A stretch of 64,000 nt of DNA from Alphaproteobacteria bacterium MarineAlpha5_Bin7 (GTDB taxonomy: Bacteria; Pseudomonadota; Alphaproteobacteria; HIMB59; GCA-002718135): positions 5,794-69,793 of the forward strand of contig PTKX01000004.1 in the NCBI GenBank assembly GCA_002938195.1. The letters run 5' to 3'. A model generated the notes under the pieces. It saw only the letters and a program-made list of their open reading frames with translations. It was not told the DNA's origin and did no database searches. Every line of letters begins with the position of its first letter. Position 1 is the first letter of the stretch. Made by a program: the position numbers and the translations under genes. Below are positions 27,876-38,696 of this stretch, piece by piece.

Positions 27876-29999
27876 ATGAATACTAATGTAGTTGATGATT
27901 TACTAAAAAATATTAAATTATATCAAGATAATTTAGAGATAGGTATAATTGAGAAAGCTATTGAGTTTGCAAAAAAAGCTCATAACAAACAATTTAGAGA
28001 ATCTGGAGATCCTTATTATTTGCATCCAATCGAAGTTGCAAAAATTTTAGCTGATCTGAAATTAGACAATGCATCAATAGCCTGCGGTTTATTGCATGAC
28101 ACTGTTGAAGATACAACCGCAACTTTAGATGAGATAAAAGATAATTTTGGTTTAGAGATTGCTAACTTAGTAGAAGGTTTAACAAAGATTAATAAATTTT
28201 CATTAAAAGTAAATAATTTAAAATTTGGAGAGAACTATAGAAAATTGCTTTTAGCTGCAACTCAAGATTTAAGAGTTATTCTTATTAAATTAGCAGATAG
28301 ATTGCATAATATGAAAACCATAGATTATATCAATCAAGAAAAAAAAATAAGAATAGCTCTAGAAACTCAAGAAATCTATGCCCCACTTGCTCAAAGATTA
28401 GGTATGAGAGAGTGGCAAGAAATTCTTGAGGATTTGTCATTTAAAACTCTCAATCCTGAAGCAAGATCATCTATTATTGATAGATTAGATTATTTAAGCA
28501 AACAAGATGAAAACATTATAGATGATATAAGATATGAATTGAAAGAAATATTTAGCAATGAAGATATCAATTGTACAATAACAGGTAGAATAAAATCACC
28601 TTATTCTATTTGGAATAAAATTAAAAATAAAAATATTTCATTTGCTCAACTGTCAGACATAATGGCTTTTAGGATTATTACAAATTCTACTAGAGAGTGT
28701 TATAGATGCTTAGGAATAATTCATAGAAAATATCATTATATACAAGGTAGATTTAAAGATTTTATTTCCTCCCCAAAGTCAAATGGTTATCGATCATTAC
28801 ACACTTCTGTTATTGGACCAAAAAATAAAAAAATTGAAATACAGTTTAGATCAAATGTAATGAATCAAATTGCTGAATATGGCGTTGCAGCACACTGGAA
28901 GTATAAAGATCCTAAAATTATAAAAGTGAAAGATACCAAAGAATACAGATGGATGCATGATTTATTAGAATTAATGGATAATTCATCTTCACAAGAAGAA
29001 TTAATAGAAAACTCTAAAATCAAATTATTTCAAAATAATATTTATGTATTTAGTCCTAAAGGAGATGTTATAGAATTGCCATTAAATGCTACGCCTATAG
29101 ATTTTGCTTACTCAATACATTCACAAGTAGGAGATAAGTGCGTAGCTGCAAAAATAAATGGCAAACTTCAGCCATTAAAAACAATATTAAAAAATGGAGA
29201 TCAAGTTGAAATATTAACTTCTGATCAATCACAACCTTCATTAATTTGGGAAAGATTTGCAGTTACAAGTAAGGTTAAATCTCATCTTAGACGATTTATG
29301 AGATCAAAAAAAATGGATGAACATATCTCTTTTGGAAAAGAGATATTGTTAAATCAATTTAAAAAAGAAAACATTGAATTTAGTGAAAATGCTATTGATA
29401 ATGTTTTAAATGATTTTAATTGTAAGAATATTGATAATCTATATGAACAAATAGGCTCTGGATCAATTACAGCAATGGTAGTTTTAAAAAAAATATTTCC
29501 TGAGCTTAATTTTTCTAAAAAAATGAAAAAAAATGATTTTGAAAATCAGTCTATTAAATTAAAGGGATTAACTATAGGAATGAGTTATAATCTTGCAGGT
29601 TGCTGCTCACCTATTAAAGGTGATAAAATTGTAGGAATTGTTACAGCGGGTATAGGTGTTTCTATTCATACTGTTGATTGTGAAACTTTAAACTCTTATT
29701 CAGATAGTCCAGAAAGATGGCTAGATGTTGAGTGGGAATATGATAATGAAAGTGAATTAATATTTACATCAAGAATTAATATAATTTTAACTAATAAAGC
29801 TGGAAGCTTAGGCAAAGTAACGAATGCAATAGCTAAGAATAATGGAAATATTTCAAATATAAATTTTGCTAGCAGAAGACATGATTTTTATGATATTGTT
29901 ATTGATATTGAAGTAAGAGATAAAAATCATTTGAATAATATTATTGCAGCACTGCGTTTAATTTCTGAAGTTTCATCTTTAGAAAGAATAAAAGGATAA
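27876..29999 (+). CDS. spoT: bifunctional (p)ppGpp synthetase/hydrolase (RelA/SpoT homologue)
   Basis: HD domain 'LHDTVEDT', synthetase region 'GYRSLHTSV...IEIQFRS', then TGS and ACT domains. Confidence 0.93.
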   Translation: MNTNVVDDLLKNIKLYQDNLEIGIIEKAIEFAKKAHNKQFRESGDPYYLHPIEVAKILADLKLDNASIACGLLHDTVEDTTATLDEIKDNFGLEIANLVEGLTKINKFSLKVNNLKFGENYRKLLLAATQDLRVILIKLADRLHNMKTIDYINQEKKIRIALETQEIYAPLAQRLGMREWQEILEDLSFKTLNPEARSSIIDRLDYLSKQDENIIDDIRYELKEIFSNEDINCTITGRIKSPYSIWNKIKNKNISFAQLSDIMAFRIITNSTRECYRCLGIIHRKYHYIQGRFKDFISSPKSNGYRSLHTSVIGPKNKKIEIQFRSNVMNQIAEYGVAAHWKYKDPKIIKVKDTKEYRWMHDLLELMDNSSSQEELIENSKIKLFQNNIYVFSPKGDVIELPLNATPIDFAYSIHSQVGDKCVAAKINGKLQPLKTILKNGDQVEILTSDQSQPSLIWERFAVTSKVKSHLRRFMRSKKMDEHISFGKEILLNQFKKENIEFSENAIDNVLNDFNCKNIDNLYEQIGSGSITAMVVLKKIFPELNFSKKMKKNDFENQSIKLKGLTIGMSYNLAGCCSPIKGDKIVGIVTAGIGVSIHTVDCETLNSYSDSPERWLDVEWEYDNESELIFTSRINIILTNKAGSLGKVTNAIAKNNGNISNINFASRRHDFYDIVIDIEVRDKNHLNNIIAALRLISEVSSLERIKG

Positions 30000-30002
30000 C
30001 AA

Positions 30003-30398
30003 ATGGTAATTGGTTTTGGAACAGATATTATTGATATAACTAGAGTAGAAAGAATCATTAATTTATACGGAAATAAATTTAAAAAAAGATGCTTTACTTC
30101 AAAAGAAATAGAAAGATCTGAAAAAAAATATAATTCCATCTCCTCATATGCAAAGAGATATGCTGCGAAAGAAGCTTGCTCTAAAGCTTTAGGAACTGGG
30201 TTAGCCCAAGGTGTCTTTTGGAAAGATATTGAAATTTATAATGATAGTTATGGAAAACCATTTATTGAATTACATAATAAAGCAATTACAAGAATTAAAA
30301 AAATTTCAAGAAATAAAAATTTTAATATTGAAGTTTCTTTAAGCGATGAAAAAAACTATGCTATTGCAAATGTCATTATTTTTGAAAATGAAAAGTAA
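30003..30398 (+). CDS. acpS: holo-[acyl-carrier-protein] synthase
   Basis: 'GFGTDIIDITRVE' and 'AAKEACSKALG' motifs; 131 aa. Confidence 0.9.
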   Translation: MVIGFGTDIIDITRVERIINLYGNKFKKRCFTSKEIERSEKKYNSISSYAKRYAAKEACSKALGTGLAQGVFWKDIEIYNDSYGKPFIELHNKAITRIKKISRNKNFNIEVSLSDEKNYAIANVIIFENEK

Positions 30399-31113
30399 TA
30401 ATTTTTTTAGCAATATTAAATCAATTTCTTTGGCAATATTAATTGCATTAATTATACGATCTTTTGCTGCTGAACCATTTAATATACCTTCAGGTTCCAT
30501 GAAACCTGGTCTTTTAGTTGGAGATTTTATTTTTGTTTCAAAATGGTCATATGGATATTCCAAACATTCACTTCCTTTTTCATTACCTATTATTCCGAAT
30601 AGAATTTTTAGTAAATTTCCAGAAAGAGGAGATGTTGTAGTTTTTAAGACACCCTATGACAATAAAACTGATTATATTAAAAGGGTTATAGGACTACCTG
30701 GAGATAAGATAAAAATAATAAATGGACAGATAATTATAAATGATAACAAGATTTACAAAGAAAAAACAGAAAATTTTATAGATGTTGATAAAAGGGGATC
30801 AAAAAAAAGATTGAGAAAGTATAAAGAATATTTCTTTAATAAGGAATTTGAGATTCTTGATATTATGGATAATGGTCCTGTAGATAATACCCAGCTATAT
30901 ACAGTACCTAAAGATCATTTTTTTGTTATGGGTGATAATCGAGATAATTCTCAGGATAGTAGGTTTATTAGAAGTGTAGGGTATATTCCAATCGACAATT
31001 TAGTTGGAAAAGCTCAATATATTTTTTTTTCATTAGAAAATTCAAGATTTTTTGAAATTTGGAAATGGCCAAAAGCAATTAGATATAAAAGAATAATTAA
31101 AAAAATTCAATGA
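30388..31113 (+). CDS. lepB: signal peptidase I
   Basis: Catalytic 'PSGSMKPGL' and 'GDNRDNSQDSR' motifs. I prefer the ATG at 30388 (MKSNNFF..., TM follows), which overlaps the acpS end by 11 nt. Confidence 0.88.
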   Translation: MKSNNFFSNIKSISLAILIALIIRSFAAEPFNIPSGSMKPGLLVGDFIFVSKWSYGYSKHSLPFSLPIIPNRIFSKFPERGDVVVFKTPYDNKTDYIKRVIGLPGDKIKIINGQIIINDNKIYKEKTENFIDVDKRGSKKRLRKYKEYFFNKEFEILDIMDNGPVDNTQLYTVPKDHFFVMGDNRDNSQDSRFIRSVGYIPIDNLVGKAQYIFFSLENSRFFEIWKWPKAIRYKRIIKKIQ

Positions 31114-31802
31114 AATTAAAAAAAAATATTAAAGAAATAGAAAAAATATTAGGATATAGTTTTCGTAAAAAAAAATTACTAGAAGATTCATTGATCCATC
31201 CGAGTTTTCATAAAAATAATAAAAAAAAAGATCTAGATAACAATCAATTTGAAAGATTGGAATTTTTAGGAGATAGAGTACTTAATTTGTCTATAGCAGC
31301 TTTAATATACGATAAATTTTTAAAATTTGATGAAGGGAGTTTAACAAAAAAATTGTCTTATTTAGTTCAGAGAGATTTTTTGTATAAAATAGCTTTAAAA
31401 ATAAAATTAGACGAAATTTTACATTATTCCAGTAACGAAAATAAAAAAATCAATAAATCTATTTTAGCCGACTCGGTAGAATCAATAATTGGAGCAATAT
31501 ATTTAGACGGTGGCTACAAAGCTTCAATTAAATTTGTCAATAGAATTTGGGAATCATACTTGGATTTGCAAGAATCTAATGAACAAGATCCTAAAACTAA
31601 ACTTCAAGAAATATCACAACAAAAATTTAAAACTCTTCCGATATATAAATTAATTAAAAAAACAGGACCTTCTCATTCACCTTCTTTTACAATTTCATTA
31701 AAAGCTCTTAAAAAAAAGCCAGTTAAAGCTTCTGGATTATCAATTCGAGAAGCTGAAAAAAAAGCTGCTAAAATTATTTTAGATTTATTAAGTGAAAAAT
31801 AA
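31110..31802 (+). CDS. rnc: ribonuclease III
   Basis: Signature 'ERLEFLGDRVL' and a C-terminal dsRBD. Confidence 0.93.
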   Translation: MKLKKNIKEIEKILGYSFRKKKLLEDSLIHPSFHKNNKKKDLDNNQFERLEFLGDRVLNLSIAALIYDKFLKFDEGSLTKKLSYLVQRDFLYKIALKIKLDEILHYSSNENKKINKSILADSVESIIGAIYLDGGYKASIKFVNRIWESYLDLQESNEQDPKTKLQEISQQKFKTLPIYKLIKKTGPSHSPSFTISLKALKKKPVKASGLSIREAEKKAAKIILDLLSEK

Positions 31803-32640
31803 ACTTATTAAAATTACGTTATTGGGTAAAACCAATGCAGGTAAATCAACACTTATTAATAATATTGTGGGAGAAAAAATTTCAATAGTAAATAAAAAAG
31901 TTAATACTACAAATGATTTAATATTAGGAATAAAAAATGATAAAAATTTTCAAGCTATTTTTTATGATACTCCGGGTACAAATTTCCTTTATCTTAAAAA
32001 AAACATTAAAAATAATTTTAAATCAATCATATGGGATTCAATTGAATCTGCAAATTATTTAATTTATTTAATTGATGCCAAAAACTATTTAATTAACAAT
32101 ATAGTTAATGATCTTAAAAAAATTAATGAATCAAATAAACCAATAATTGTTGTTTTTAATAAAGTTGATTTAATTAATAAAGATTTATTATTACCAACAA
32201 TATCATCAATAGATAAATATAAAATTGCTCACACTTTTTTTAATATTTCTGCTAAATATAATTTAGGTGTAGATAAACTTTATAATTTTTTAAAAACTAA
32301 AAGTTTAGAAAAAGACTGGATTTTTCAAAACAATGAAATTTCAAATAAAGATGATATTTTTATAAGCAATGAATGTACTAGAAATTCAATCTTAAAAATT
32401 ATACATCAGGAGATACCCTACAATATTAATATCAAAAATATCATTTTTAAAAAATTAAAAAATAATCATATTAAAATTAAACAATTAATAGAAATAAATA
32501 ATATCCGTTATAAATCTATATTATTGGGTAAAAAAGGTCAGGTAATTAAAAAAATTAGAGAAATTAGTCAGAAAGAAATATCTCAAATTTTTAAGAAAAA
32601 AGTTCATTTATATTTGCAAATAGAAAAAATTCATGACTGA
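31792..32640 (+). CDS. era: GTPase Era
   Basis: G1 'GKTNAGKST', G3 'DTPG', G4 'NKVD', and a C-terminal KH domain. Confidence 0.9.
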   Translation: MKNKLIKITLLGKTNAGKSTLINNIVGEKISIVNKKVNTTNDLILGIKNDKNFQAIFYDTPGTNFLYLKKNIKNNFKSIIWDSIESANYLIYLIDAKNYLINNIVNDLKKINESNKPIIVVFNKVDLINKDLLLPTISSIDKYKIAHTFFNISAKYNLGVDKLYNFLKTKSLEKDWIFQNNEISNKDDIFISNECTRNSILKIIHQEIPYNINIKNIIFKKLKNNHIKIKQLIEINNIRYKSILLGKKGQVIKKIREISQKEISQIFKKKVHLYLQIEKIHD

Positions 32641-33334
32641 AAAAATACAAGGTTTGATTATTTATATTAAAAAAATTAAAGATAATGATTTATATATAAG
32701 AGTTCTTACCCAAAAAGATGAATTATTGTCTGGTTTGGTTTATGGCGGCAATTCTTCAAAAAAAAAATATATTCATCAATTAGGTTATTTTATAGAGTTT
32801 AGTTTCGTACAAAAAAATACTACGGCTCCAAAAAATATTAATGCCGATCTTATTCAGCCATTCATCAATACAATAATGAATAATAAATTTAAATCATATT
32901 CACTTTTAAGTATTATATCCTTAATTAATCAATCTATTTTAGAAGGTCAAAAATTAGCAGGAATATATGACAGTGTAAATACTCTTATAAAAATTATTTC
33001 ATCTAAAAAAAATTGGTTATCATATTACTGCGAATGGATAATGTCATTTTTAAAAATTATTGGCTATGAAATTGATTATAAAAATCAAATAAATAAAGGA
33101 TACTTTAATTTTTTAAATAATGAATTTTCTATAAATCAAACAGATAATTCAATCGAATTTCCACATAAATTATTTGTACATGAAAATAAAATCAATTTTC
33201 ATGATTTAAATAATTTTTTTTGGATCTTTGAGAACATTTATAAAAAGAATCACTTAGATAATTTAAATTATAAAATGCCTATTAATTTTATTAATTTTAA
33301 AGAAATTGTGCTAAAAGAATTAAAAAATAAATAA
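32633..33334 (+). CDS. recO: DNA repair protein RecO
   Basis: Size and its position directly after era. The N-terminal OB-like segment is weakly recognisable, so the call rests partly on synteny. Confidence 0.65.
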   Translation: MTEKIQGLIIYIKKIKDNDLYIRVLTQKDELLSGLVYGGNSSKKKYIHQLGYFIEFSFVQKNTTAPKNINADLIQPFINTIMNNKFKSYSLLSIISLINQSILEGQKLAGIYDSVNTLIKIISSKKNWLSYYCEWIMSFLKIIGYEIDYKNQINKGYFNFLNNEFSINQTDNSIEFPHKLFVHENKINFHDLNNFFWIFENIYKKNHLDNLNYKMPINFINFKEIVLKELKNK

Positions 33335-35529
33335 TGACTAAAATAATTAAATCTAAAATTGATTCCATACTAAGTGAAAAATATTTATCATATGCTGTTT
33401 CAACTATTATTTCTCGTTCTTTGCCTGATGTACGGGATGGTTTAAAGCCAGTTCATAGAAGAATTATTTATTCTATGTATCAATTAAAATTATTAAATGA
33501 TTCAACTTTTAAAAAATGTGCAAGAATTGTTGGAGATGTTATGGGTAAATTTCATCCTCATGGAGATCAAGCAATTTATGATAGCTTGGTAAGATTAGCT
33601 CAAGACTTTTCAACTAGAGCGCCATTAATTGAAGGTCAGGGTAATTTTGGAAATATAGATGGAGATAATGCTGCAGCAATGAGGTATACAGAGGCTAGAT
33701 TAGATAAAATTTCTAATTATTTTTTTGACGGTATCGAGGAAAATGCAGTTGATTTTAAAGAAAACTATGACGGACAAAATTTAGAACCGCAAGTATTACC
33801 TACAAAATTACCAAACATACTTTTAAATGGTGCATCTGGAATAGCCGTAGGTATGGCAACAAATATTCCCCCGCATAATTTGACTGAATTAAATAATGCT
33901 CTAATCAAAATTATTAAAAATCCTTCTATCAATCTCTCACTTTTGTTAAAAGAAATAAAAGGACCAGATTTCCCTACTGGAGGTGAAATATTAATTTCAT
34001 CTAAAGAGTTGTCTTCACTTTATAGGACAGGTAAAGGTTCATTCGTAGTTAGATCTATTTGGCAAAAAGAAGATTTAAAAAATGGTCTTTATCAATTAAT
34101 TATTACGCAAATTCCCTACCAAGTTAATAAAACTAGATTAATTGAACAATTAGCTAACTTAATTAATAATAAAAAAATACCCTTAGATGATATTTTAGAT
34201 GAATCTGATGAAAATATTAGAATAGTATTAAAACCCAAGAATAGAAACATTAATCACGAAAAATTAATTGAGCTTTGTTTTAAGTTTTCTGATCTTTCAA
34301 TTAAATACTCTTGTAATTTTAATGTATTAGAAGATGGAATTATACCAAAGCAATTAGGTTTGAAAAGCATTCTCAACAATTTTCTTGAATATAGAAAAAA
34401 AACTATAAAAAGAAAATCATTATTTAACAAAGAAAAAATAACAAAAAAATTAAAAATTTTAAATGGCTATATTATTGCTTATAAAAATTTAGATGCAATA
34501 ATTAAAATTATTAGAAACAAGGAGGACCCTAAAAAAGCAATAATTAAAAAATATAAACTTAGTGAATTACAAACTGATGCCATCCTAAATATGAGATTGG
34601 GATCATTAAAAAAATTAGATGAAATAACTACAAAAAACGAGATTAAAGAATTAAAAATTGAACTAAGTTTTCTTGAGAAATTGATTAAAAATAAAAATTT
34701 TTTGGATAAATATATTATTGAAGAATTAAACAAAACAAATAAAAATGTAGATCAAGATATTCTTAAACGTAGATCAAAAATAAACAATGATCAAATATCA
34801 GATCATATAATTGATTTAGAGGAGTTTCAAGAAGTTGAAAAATTGACAGTTATTTTATTTAACGACGGAACAATAAAGACTTTCAAAGATCATTTAGATG
34901 ATAATAAATTAAAAAACACATTTAAAAATGTCTTAAATTATTTAAAAATATTATCTAATCAAAAAATATTATTATTTGTCTCATCAGGCAGAGTATTTAC
35001 TATTGATCCTAGCATTTTACCTTCAGGTAAATCTAATCCTAAAAATTTTATCTATTATGTTGAATCTAATAGTAATGATAAAATTATTGGAATATTAACA
35101 TACACAGAAAATCTTAAATGCATAGTTGCTTCTAAATTCGGCAAGGGTTTTCTTGCTGATCTAAGTGATATTTCTACATCTCAAAAAAAAGGTAAACAAT
35201 TGTTTAACTTAAAAAATGAAGATCAGCTGATTAAAATAAGTACAAATATTTCAAAACATATAGCCTGTTTATCCTCAAACTCTAGATTGTTAATTTTTAA
35301 AACAGATGAGCTTCCAATATTGAAAAAAGGAGCGGGAGTTTTATTGCAAAAAGTTTCAAAAAACTATTTATCAGATATTCAATCTTTTGAATTAAGTGAA
35401 GGAATTTCATGGAAATACGGGAAAATTGTTAAAACAGAAAAAAATTTAGATTTTTGGATAGGTAAAAGATCTCAAGTAGGCAAAAAAGTTCCAAAAAGAT
35501 TTAATAAAGAATTGAAGTTTTTAGAATAG
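33334..35529 (+). CDS. parC: DNA topoisomerase IV subunit A
   Basis: 'LPDVRDGLKPVHRRI', 'HPHGD', and active-site Tyr in 'AAMRYTEARL'. The 731-aa length fits ParC rather than GyrA. Confidence 0.85.
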   Translation: MTKIIKSKIDSILSEKYLSYAVSTIISRSLPDVRDGLKPVHRRIIYSMYQLKLLNDSTFKKCARIVGDVMGKFHPHGDQAIYDSLVRLAQDFSTRAPLIEGQGNFGNIDGDNAAAMRYTEARLDKISNYFFDGIEENAVDFKENYDGQNLEPQVLPTKLPNILLNGASGIAVGMATNIPPHNLTELNNALIKIIKNPSINLSLLLKEIKGPDFPTGGEILISSKELSSLYRTGKGSFVVRSIWQKEDLKNGLYQLIITQIPYQVNKTRLIEQLANLINNKKIPLDDILDESDENIRIVLKPKNRNINHEKLIELCFKFSDLSIKYSCNFNVLEDGIIPKQLGLKSILNNFLEYRKKTIKRKSLFNKEKITKKLKILNGYIIAYKNLDAIIKIIRNKEDPKKAIIKKYKLSELQTDAILNMRLGSLKKLDEITTKNEIKELKIELSFLEKLIKNKNFLDKYIIEELNKTNKNVDQDILKRRSKINNDQISDHIIDLEEFQEVEKLTVILFNDGTIKTFKDHLDDNKLKNTFKNVLNYLKILSNQKILLFVSSGRVFTIDPSILPSGKSNPKNFIYYVESNSNDKIIGILTYTENLKCIVASKFGKGFLADLSDISTSQKKGKQLFNLKNEDQLIKISTNISKHIACLSSNSRLLIFKTDELPILKKGAGVLLQKVSKNYLSDIQSFELSEGISWKYGKIVKTEKNLDFWIGKRSQVGKKVPKRFNKELKFLE

Positions 35530-35569
35530 ATAAATTCAAGAATTACCTCTATGTTGTCGTTAATTATAA

Positions 35570-36082
35570 ATGGTTAAAAATTTTTTATATAATCTATCTG
35601 TTTTATTTAATACAATTAATAAATTTGCTGGTTATATCTGTGCTTTTTTAGTTGTTTTCATGACACTAAATGTATTTGTTGTTGTTTTATTAAGATATCT
35701 ATTTGGTATAAGTTTTATTTGGATGCAAGAAACATATGTATGGATGCATGCATATATTTTTATGATGGGCGCTGGTTTTACTTATCTTATGGATGATCAC
35801 GTTAGAATTGATATAATATATAAAAGCTCTTCATCAACTTATCGTGCATTAGTTGATATAATTGGAAATATATTATTATTATTGCCTTTTCTTTATATTA
35901 TCTGGATCTTTAGTTTCCCCTTTGTTTACAAGTCATGGTTAATGAGTGAAATTTCAAGAGAAGCAGGTGGATTAAGGATGCTGTATTTACTTAAATTTGC
36001 AATTTTGATATTTGTAATTCTTCTTGTCATGCAAACTTTTTCTAGAATAATCAATAACATATTATTTATTTTAAAAAAATGA
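35570..36082 (+). CDS. TRAP transporter small permease (DctQ family)
   Basis: A 4-TM protein of 170 aa with a 4-nt overlap onto the large permease gene. Confidence 0.8.
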   Translation: MVKNFLYNLSVLFNTINKFAGYICAFLVVFMTLNVFVVVLLRYLFGISFIWMQETYVWMHAYIFMMGAGFTYLMDDHVRIDIIYKSSSSTYRALVDIIGNILLLLPFLYIIWIFSFPFVYKSWLMSEISREAGGLRMLYLLKFAILIFVILLVMQTFSRIINNILFILKK

Positions 36083-37452
36083 CTCCAGAAATTTTAGCAA
36101 TTATAATGTTTATAACAACCTTATGTTTATTGCTATTTGGTTTCCCTGTAGCTTTTACATTAGCTGGATCTGCTTTATTATTTGCATTCCTTGGAGACAT
36201 GTTAGATATTTTTAATTTTCGTATGTTGTTTTTTTTCCCTCAAAGAATTTACGGCATTATGATCAATGAAGCTCTAGTTGCTGTCCCTTTATTTATTTTT
36301 ATGGGTGTAATGCTTGAAAAAACTAAAATTGCTGCCAATTTATTAGAATCGTTGGGTGATTTATTTGGTTCGATTAGAGGGGGTTTAGGAATTGGAGTTG
36401 TACTTGTAGGAATGTTGCTTGCTGCTTCTACAGGTATAGTAGGCGCTACTGTTGTGACAATGGGCATGCTAGCTCTCCCCTCAATGCTGAAAGCAGGATA
36501 TGATGAAAAAATTGCTACTGGAACTATATGTGCATCAGGAACACTTGGTCAAATTATACCTCCATCAATTGTATTAATTTTACTTGCTGAAATGCTCCAG
36601 GGAGCAAATGAAGAAGCAGGCTTATTAACCGGAGATCTAGCCCCTCTACCTGTAACAGCAATTGATTTGTTTGCAGGGGCGTTATTGCCTGGACTAATTT
36701 TAGTAGCTATGTTTATTATTTATATTCTAATTGTAGCAAAACTTAGACCCAGTGATTTACCTATCTTAAAGACAAATAAAACAAAGTCTGAAATTTATAA
36801 AACCGCTTTATTAGAAGTTATTCCACCAATTTTTTTAATTTTGGCTGTTTTAGGATCTATATTTATGGGTATAGCAACACCCACAGAATCTGCTTCAGTT
36901 GGAGCAGCTGGAGCTGCTCTTTTAGCTTTATTTAGAAAGCAATTAACTTTTACCAATGTTTCTGCCGCAGCTGTTACAACAGCTAAAATGAGTTCATTCG
37001 TATTTATTATACTAATTGGAGCTTCAATGTTTTCATTAGTTTTCAGAGGATTTGAAGGAGATGATATGATTAGTAATTTCCTTACTAATTTACCTGGAGG
37101 TGAATATGGACCTTTGTTAGTAGTAATGGCTACCATCTTTTTATTAGGTTTTTTTCTTGATTATATTGAAATTATTTTTGTTATTATTCCTCTTGTTGGC
37201 CCTGGATTAATTGCAAGTGGAGCAGATCCTTTATGGCTAGGAATATTAATTTCACTGAATTTACAAACTAGTTTTCTAACTCCTCCATTTGGCTTTTCAT
37301 TATTTTTTTTAAGAGGAGTAGCTCCAAAGTCTGTAAAAACAATAAATATATATAAGGGAGTTGTTCCATTTATATTTATTCAAGTTTTGGCAATTATTTT
37401 GGTTTTTGTTTTTCCTCAAATAGCTACTTGGTTGCCTAGATTGATTAATTAA
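36079..37452 (+). CDS. TRAP transporter large permease (DctM family)
   Basis: A polytopic 457-aa protein with typical DctM Gly/Ala-rich helices. Confidence 0.88.
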   Translation: MTPEILAIIMFITTLCLLLFGFPVAFTLAGSALLFAFLGDMLDIFNFRMLFFFPQRIYGIMINEALVAVPLFIFMGVMLEKTKIAANLLESLGDLFGSIRGGLGIGVVLVGMLLAASTGIVGATVVTMGMLALPSMLKAGYDEKIATGTICASGTLGQIIPPSIVLILLAEMLQGANEEAGLLTGDLAPLPVTAIDLFAGALLPGLILVAMFIIYILIVAKLRPSDLPILKTNKTKSEIYKTALLEVIPPIFLILAVLGSIFMGIATPTESASVGAAGAALLALFRKQLTFTNVSAAAVTTAKMSSFVFIILIGASMFSLVFRGFEGDDMISNFLTNLPGGEYGPLLVVMATIFLLGFFLDYIEIIFVIIPLVGPGLIASGADPLWLGILISLNLQTSFLTPPFGFSLFFLRGVAPKSVKTINIYKGVVPFIFIQVLAIILVFVFPQIATWLPRLIN

Positions 37453-37456
37453 AAAA

Positions 37457-37480
37457 AGAGGTCTATAAATATAGACCTCT
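37457..37480. terminator. bidirectional rho-independent terminator hairpin
   Basis: Perfect 11-nt inverted repeat AGAGGTCTATA-aa-TATAGACCTCT, preceded by A7 and followed by T-rich sequence. It sits in the 46-nt gap between the convergent TRAP permease and binding-protein genes. Confidence 0.75.
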
Positions 37481-37498
37481 TTAATTATGAATCGAATT

Positions 37499-38611
37499 TT
37501 ATACTGAATCTGGATATTTAAAAGGAAGATTTCTAATTCTTGCAAAATCTTGTTCACCTTTAGTAAACCACTCTTTAATAACTTTTCTAAAAGAAAGTAA
37601 ATGATTAGCAATAGCTTTTGTTTCAGAATTAATTGAACCCCTTTCTGAAACAACTTCACCAGCTGCATTTCCAAGAGCAATTAAAACTTCATCAGGAAAT
37701 GTTTTAATTGTTACACCATGTTCTCCTGTTAATTTTTGTAGAGCAGGACCATTAATAGCTTGGAATCTACTGAAAACACTCATGTTAAATGATTTTGTCA
37801 TATCAGTAATTAAACCTTGAGTAGCTCCATCTAATGATTCCCATGCTTTTAAATCCATTGAAAGATCTAAAAGAGTAGAAGGCTCATGCCATCCAGGACC
37901 ATAATAATATTTTGCGGCTTGATAGAGACCTGCCCCTAAATCAGCGGCTGGACATATCCACTCAGCAGCATCTACTGCACCAGAAGCTAGTGAAGGTAAA
38001 ACATCAGGTCCAGCAAGAAGTACAGGTGTAGCTCCTAGCTTTTCAATAGTTCTTCCTCCAAGTCCTGGCATTCTCATTTTTAGACCTTCATAGTCACTAG
38101 GTGTATTAATTTCTTTATTAAACCAACCACCCATCTGATTTCCTGTATTACCCATTGGAAGAAATTTAAGACCTAGACCATTATAAATTTCGTCAGCAGC
38201 TTCAATTCCTCCACCATAGTAACACCAAGCGTTTTGCTCCATTGCATTCATACCAAATGGACATGTTGCTACAAACTCAATTGCATCTGAAAGATTAGTC
38301 CAGTAATATGGTGCACCATAAGAAGCTTGCGCAGCTCCAGAACGTACAGCATCTAAAGATTCTAAACCAGGTACTAATTCACCTGCATGATAAACTTTTA
38401 TTTTAAGTTTTTCTGAATAATTATTTATACCTTCTGCAAAAGCTTGGATCGCTTGACCTAAAAGACCAGCTTTACCAAAGGCACTGCAAATAATCCACTC
38501 TTGATGACCTGCAGCAATGGCTGGAGCTGGAAAAGAAGATATTGCAGTAGCTGCAGCACCTGCTAAACCGGCCTTTTTAATAAATTCACGACGTTTAAAG
38601 TTTTTTTTCAT
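37499..38611 (-). CDS. TRAP transporter substrate-binding protein with Tat signal
   Basis: The ATG at 38611 is preceded by 'ggagga'. The twin-arginine motif is 'FKRREFIKKAG...AIAAG'. It looks like a DctP-type SBP of the mannitol/chloroaromatic (COG4663-like) group. The 38710 start is rejected. Confidence 0.85.
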   Translation of the reverse strand: MKKNFKRREFIKKAGLAGAAATAISSFPAPAIAAGHQEWIICSAFGKAGLLGQAIQAFAEGINNYSEKLKIKVYHAGELVPGLESLDAVRSGAAQASYGAPYYWTNLSDAIEFVATCPFGMNAMEQNAWCYYGGGIEAADEIYNGLGLKFLPMGNTGNQMGGWFNKEINTPSDYEGLKMRMPGLGGRTIEKLGATPVLLAGPDVLPSLASGAVDAAEWICPAADLGAGLYQAAKYYYGPGWHEPSTLLDLSMDLKAWESLDGATQGLITDMTKSFNMSVFSRFQAINGPALQKLTGEHGVTIKTFPDEVLIALGNAAGEVVSERGSINSETKAIANHLLSFRKVIKEWFTKGEQDFARIRNLPFKYPDSV

Positions 38612-38696
38612 TTTATTCCTCCAAAACAAAAAACAATTAAATATATGATAAATATTAACATAATGAATAAAATTGCAAGTAATTAAGATAAAGTTA

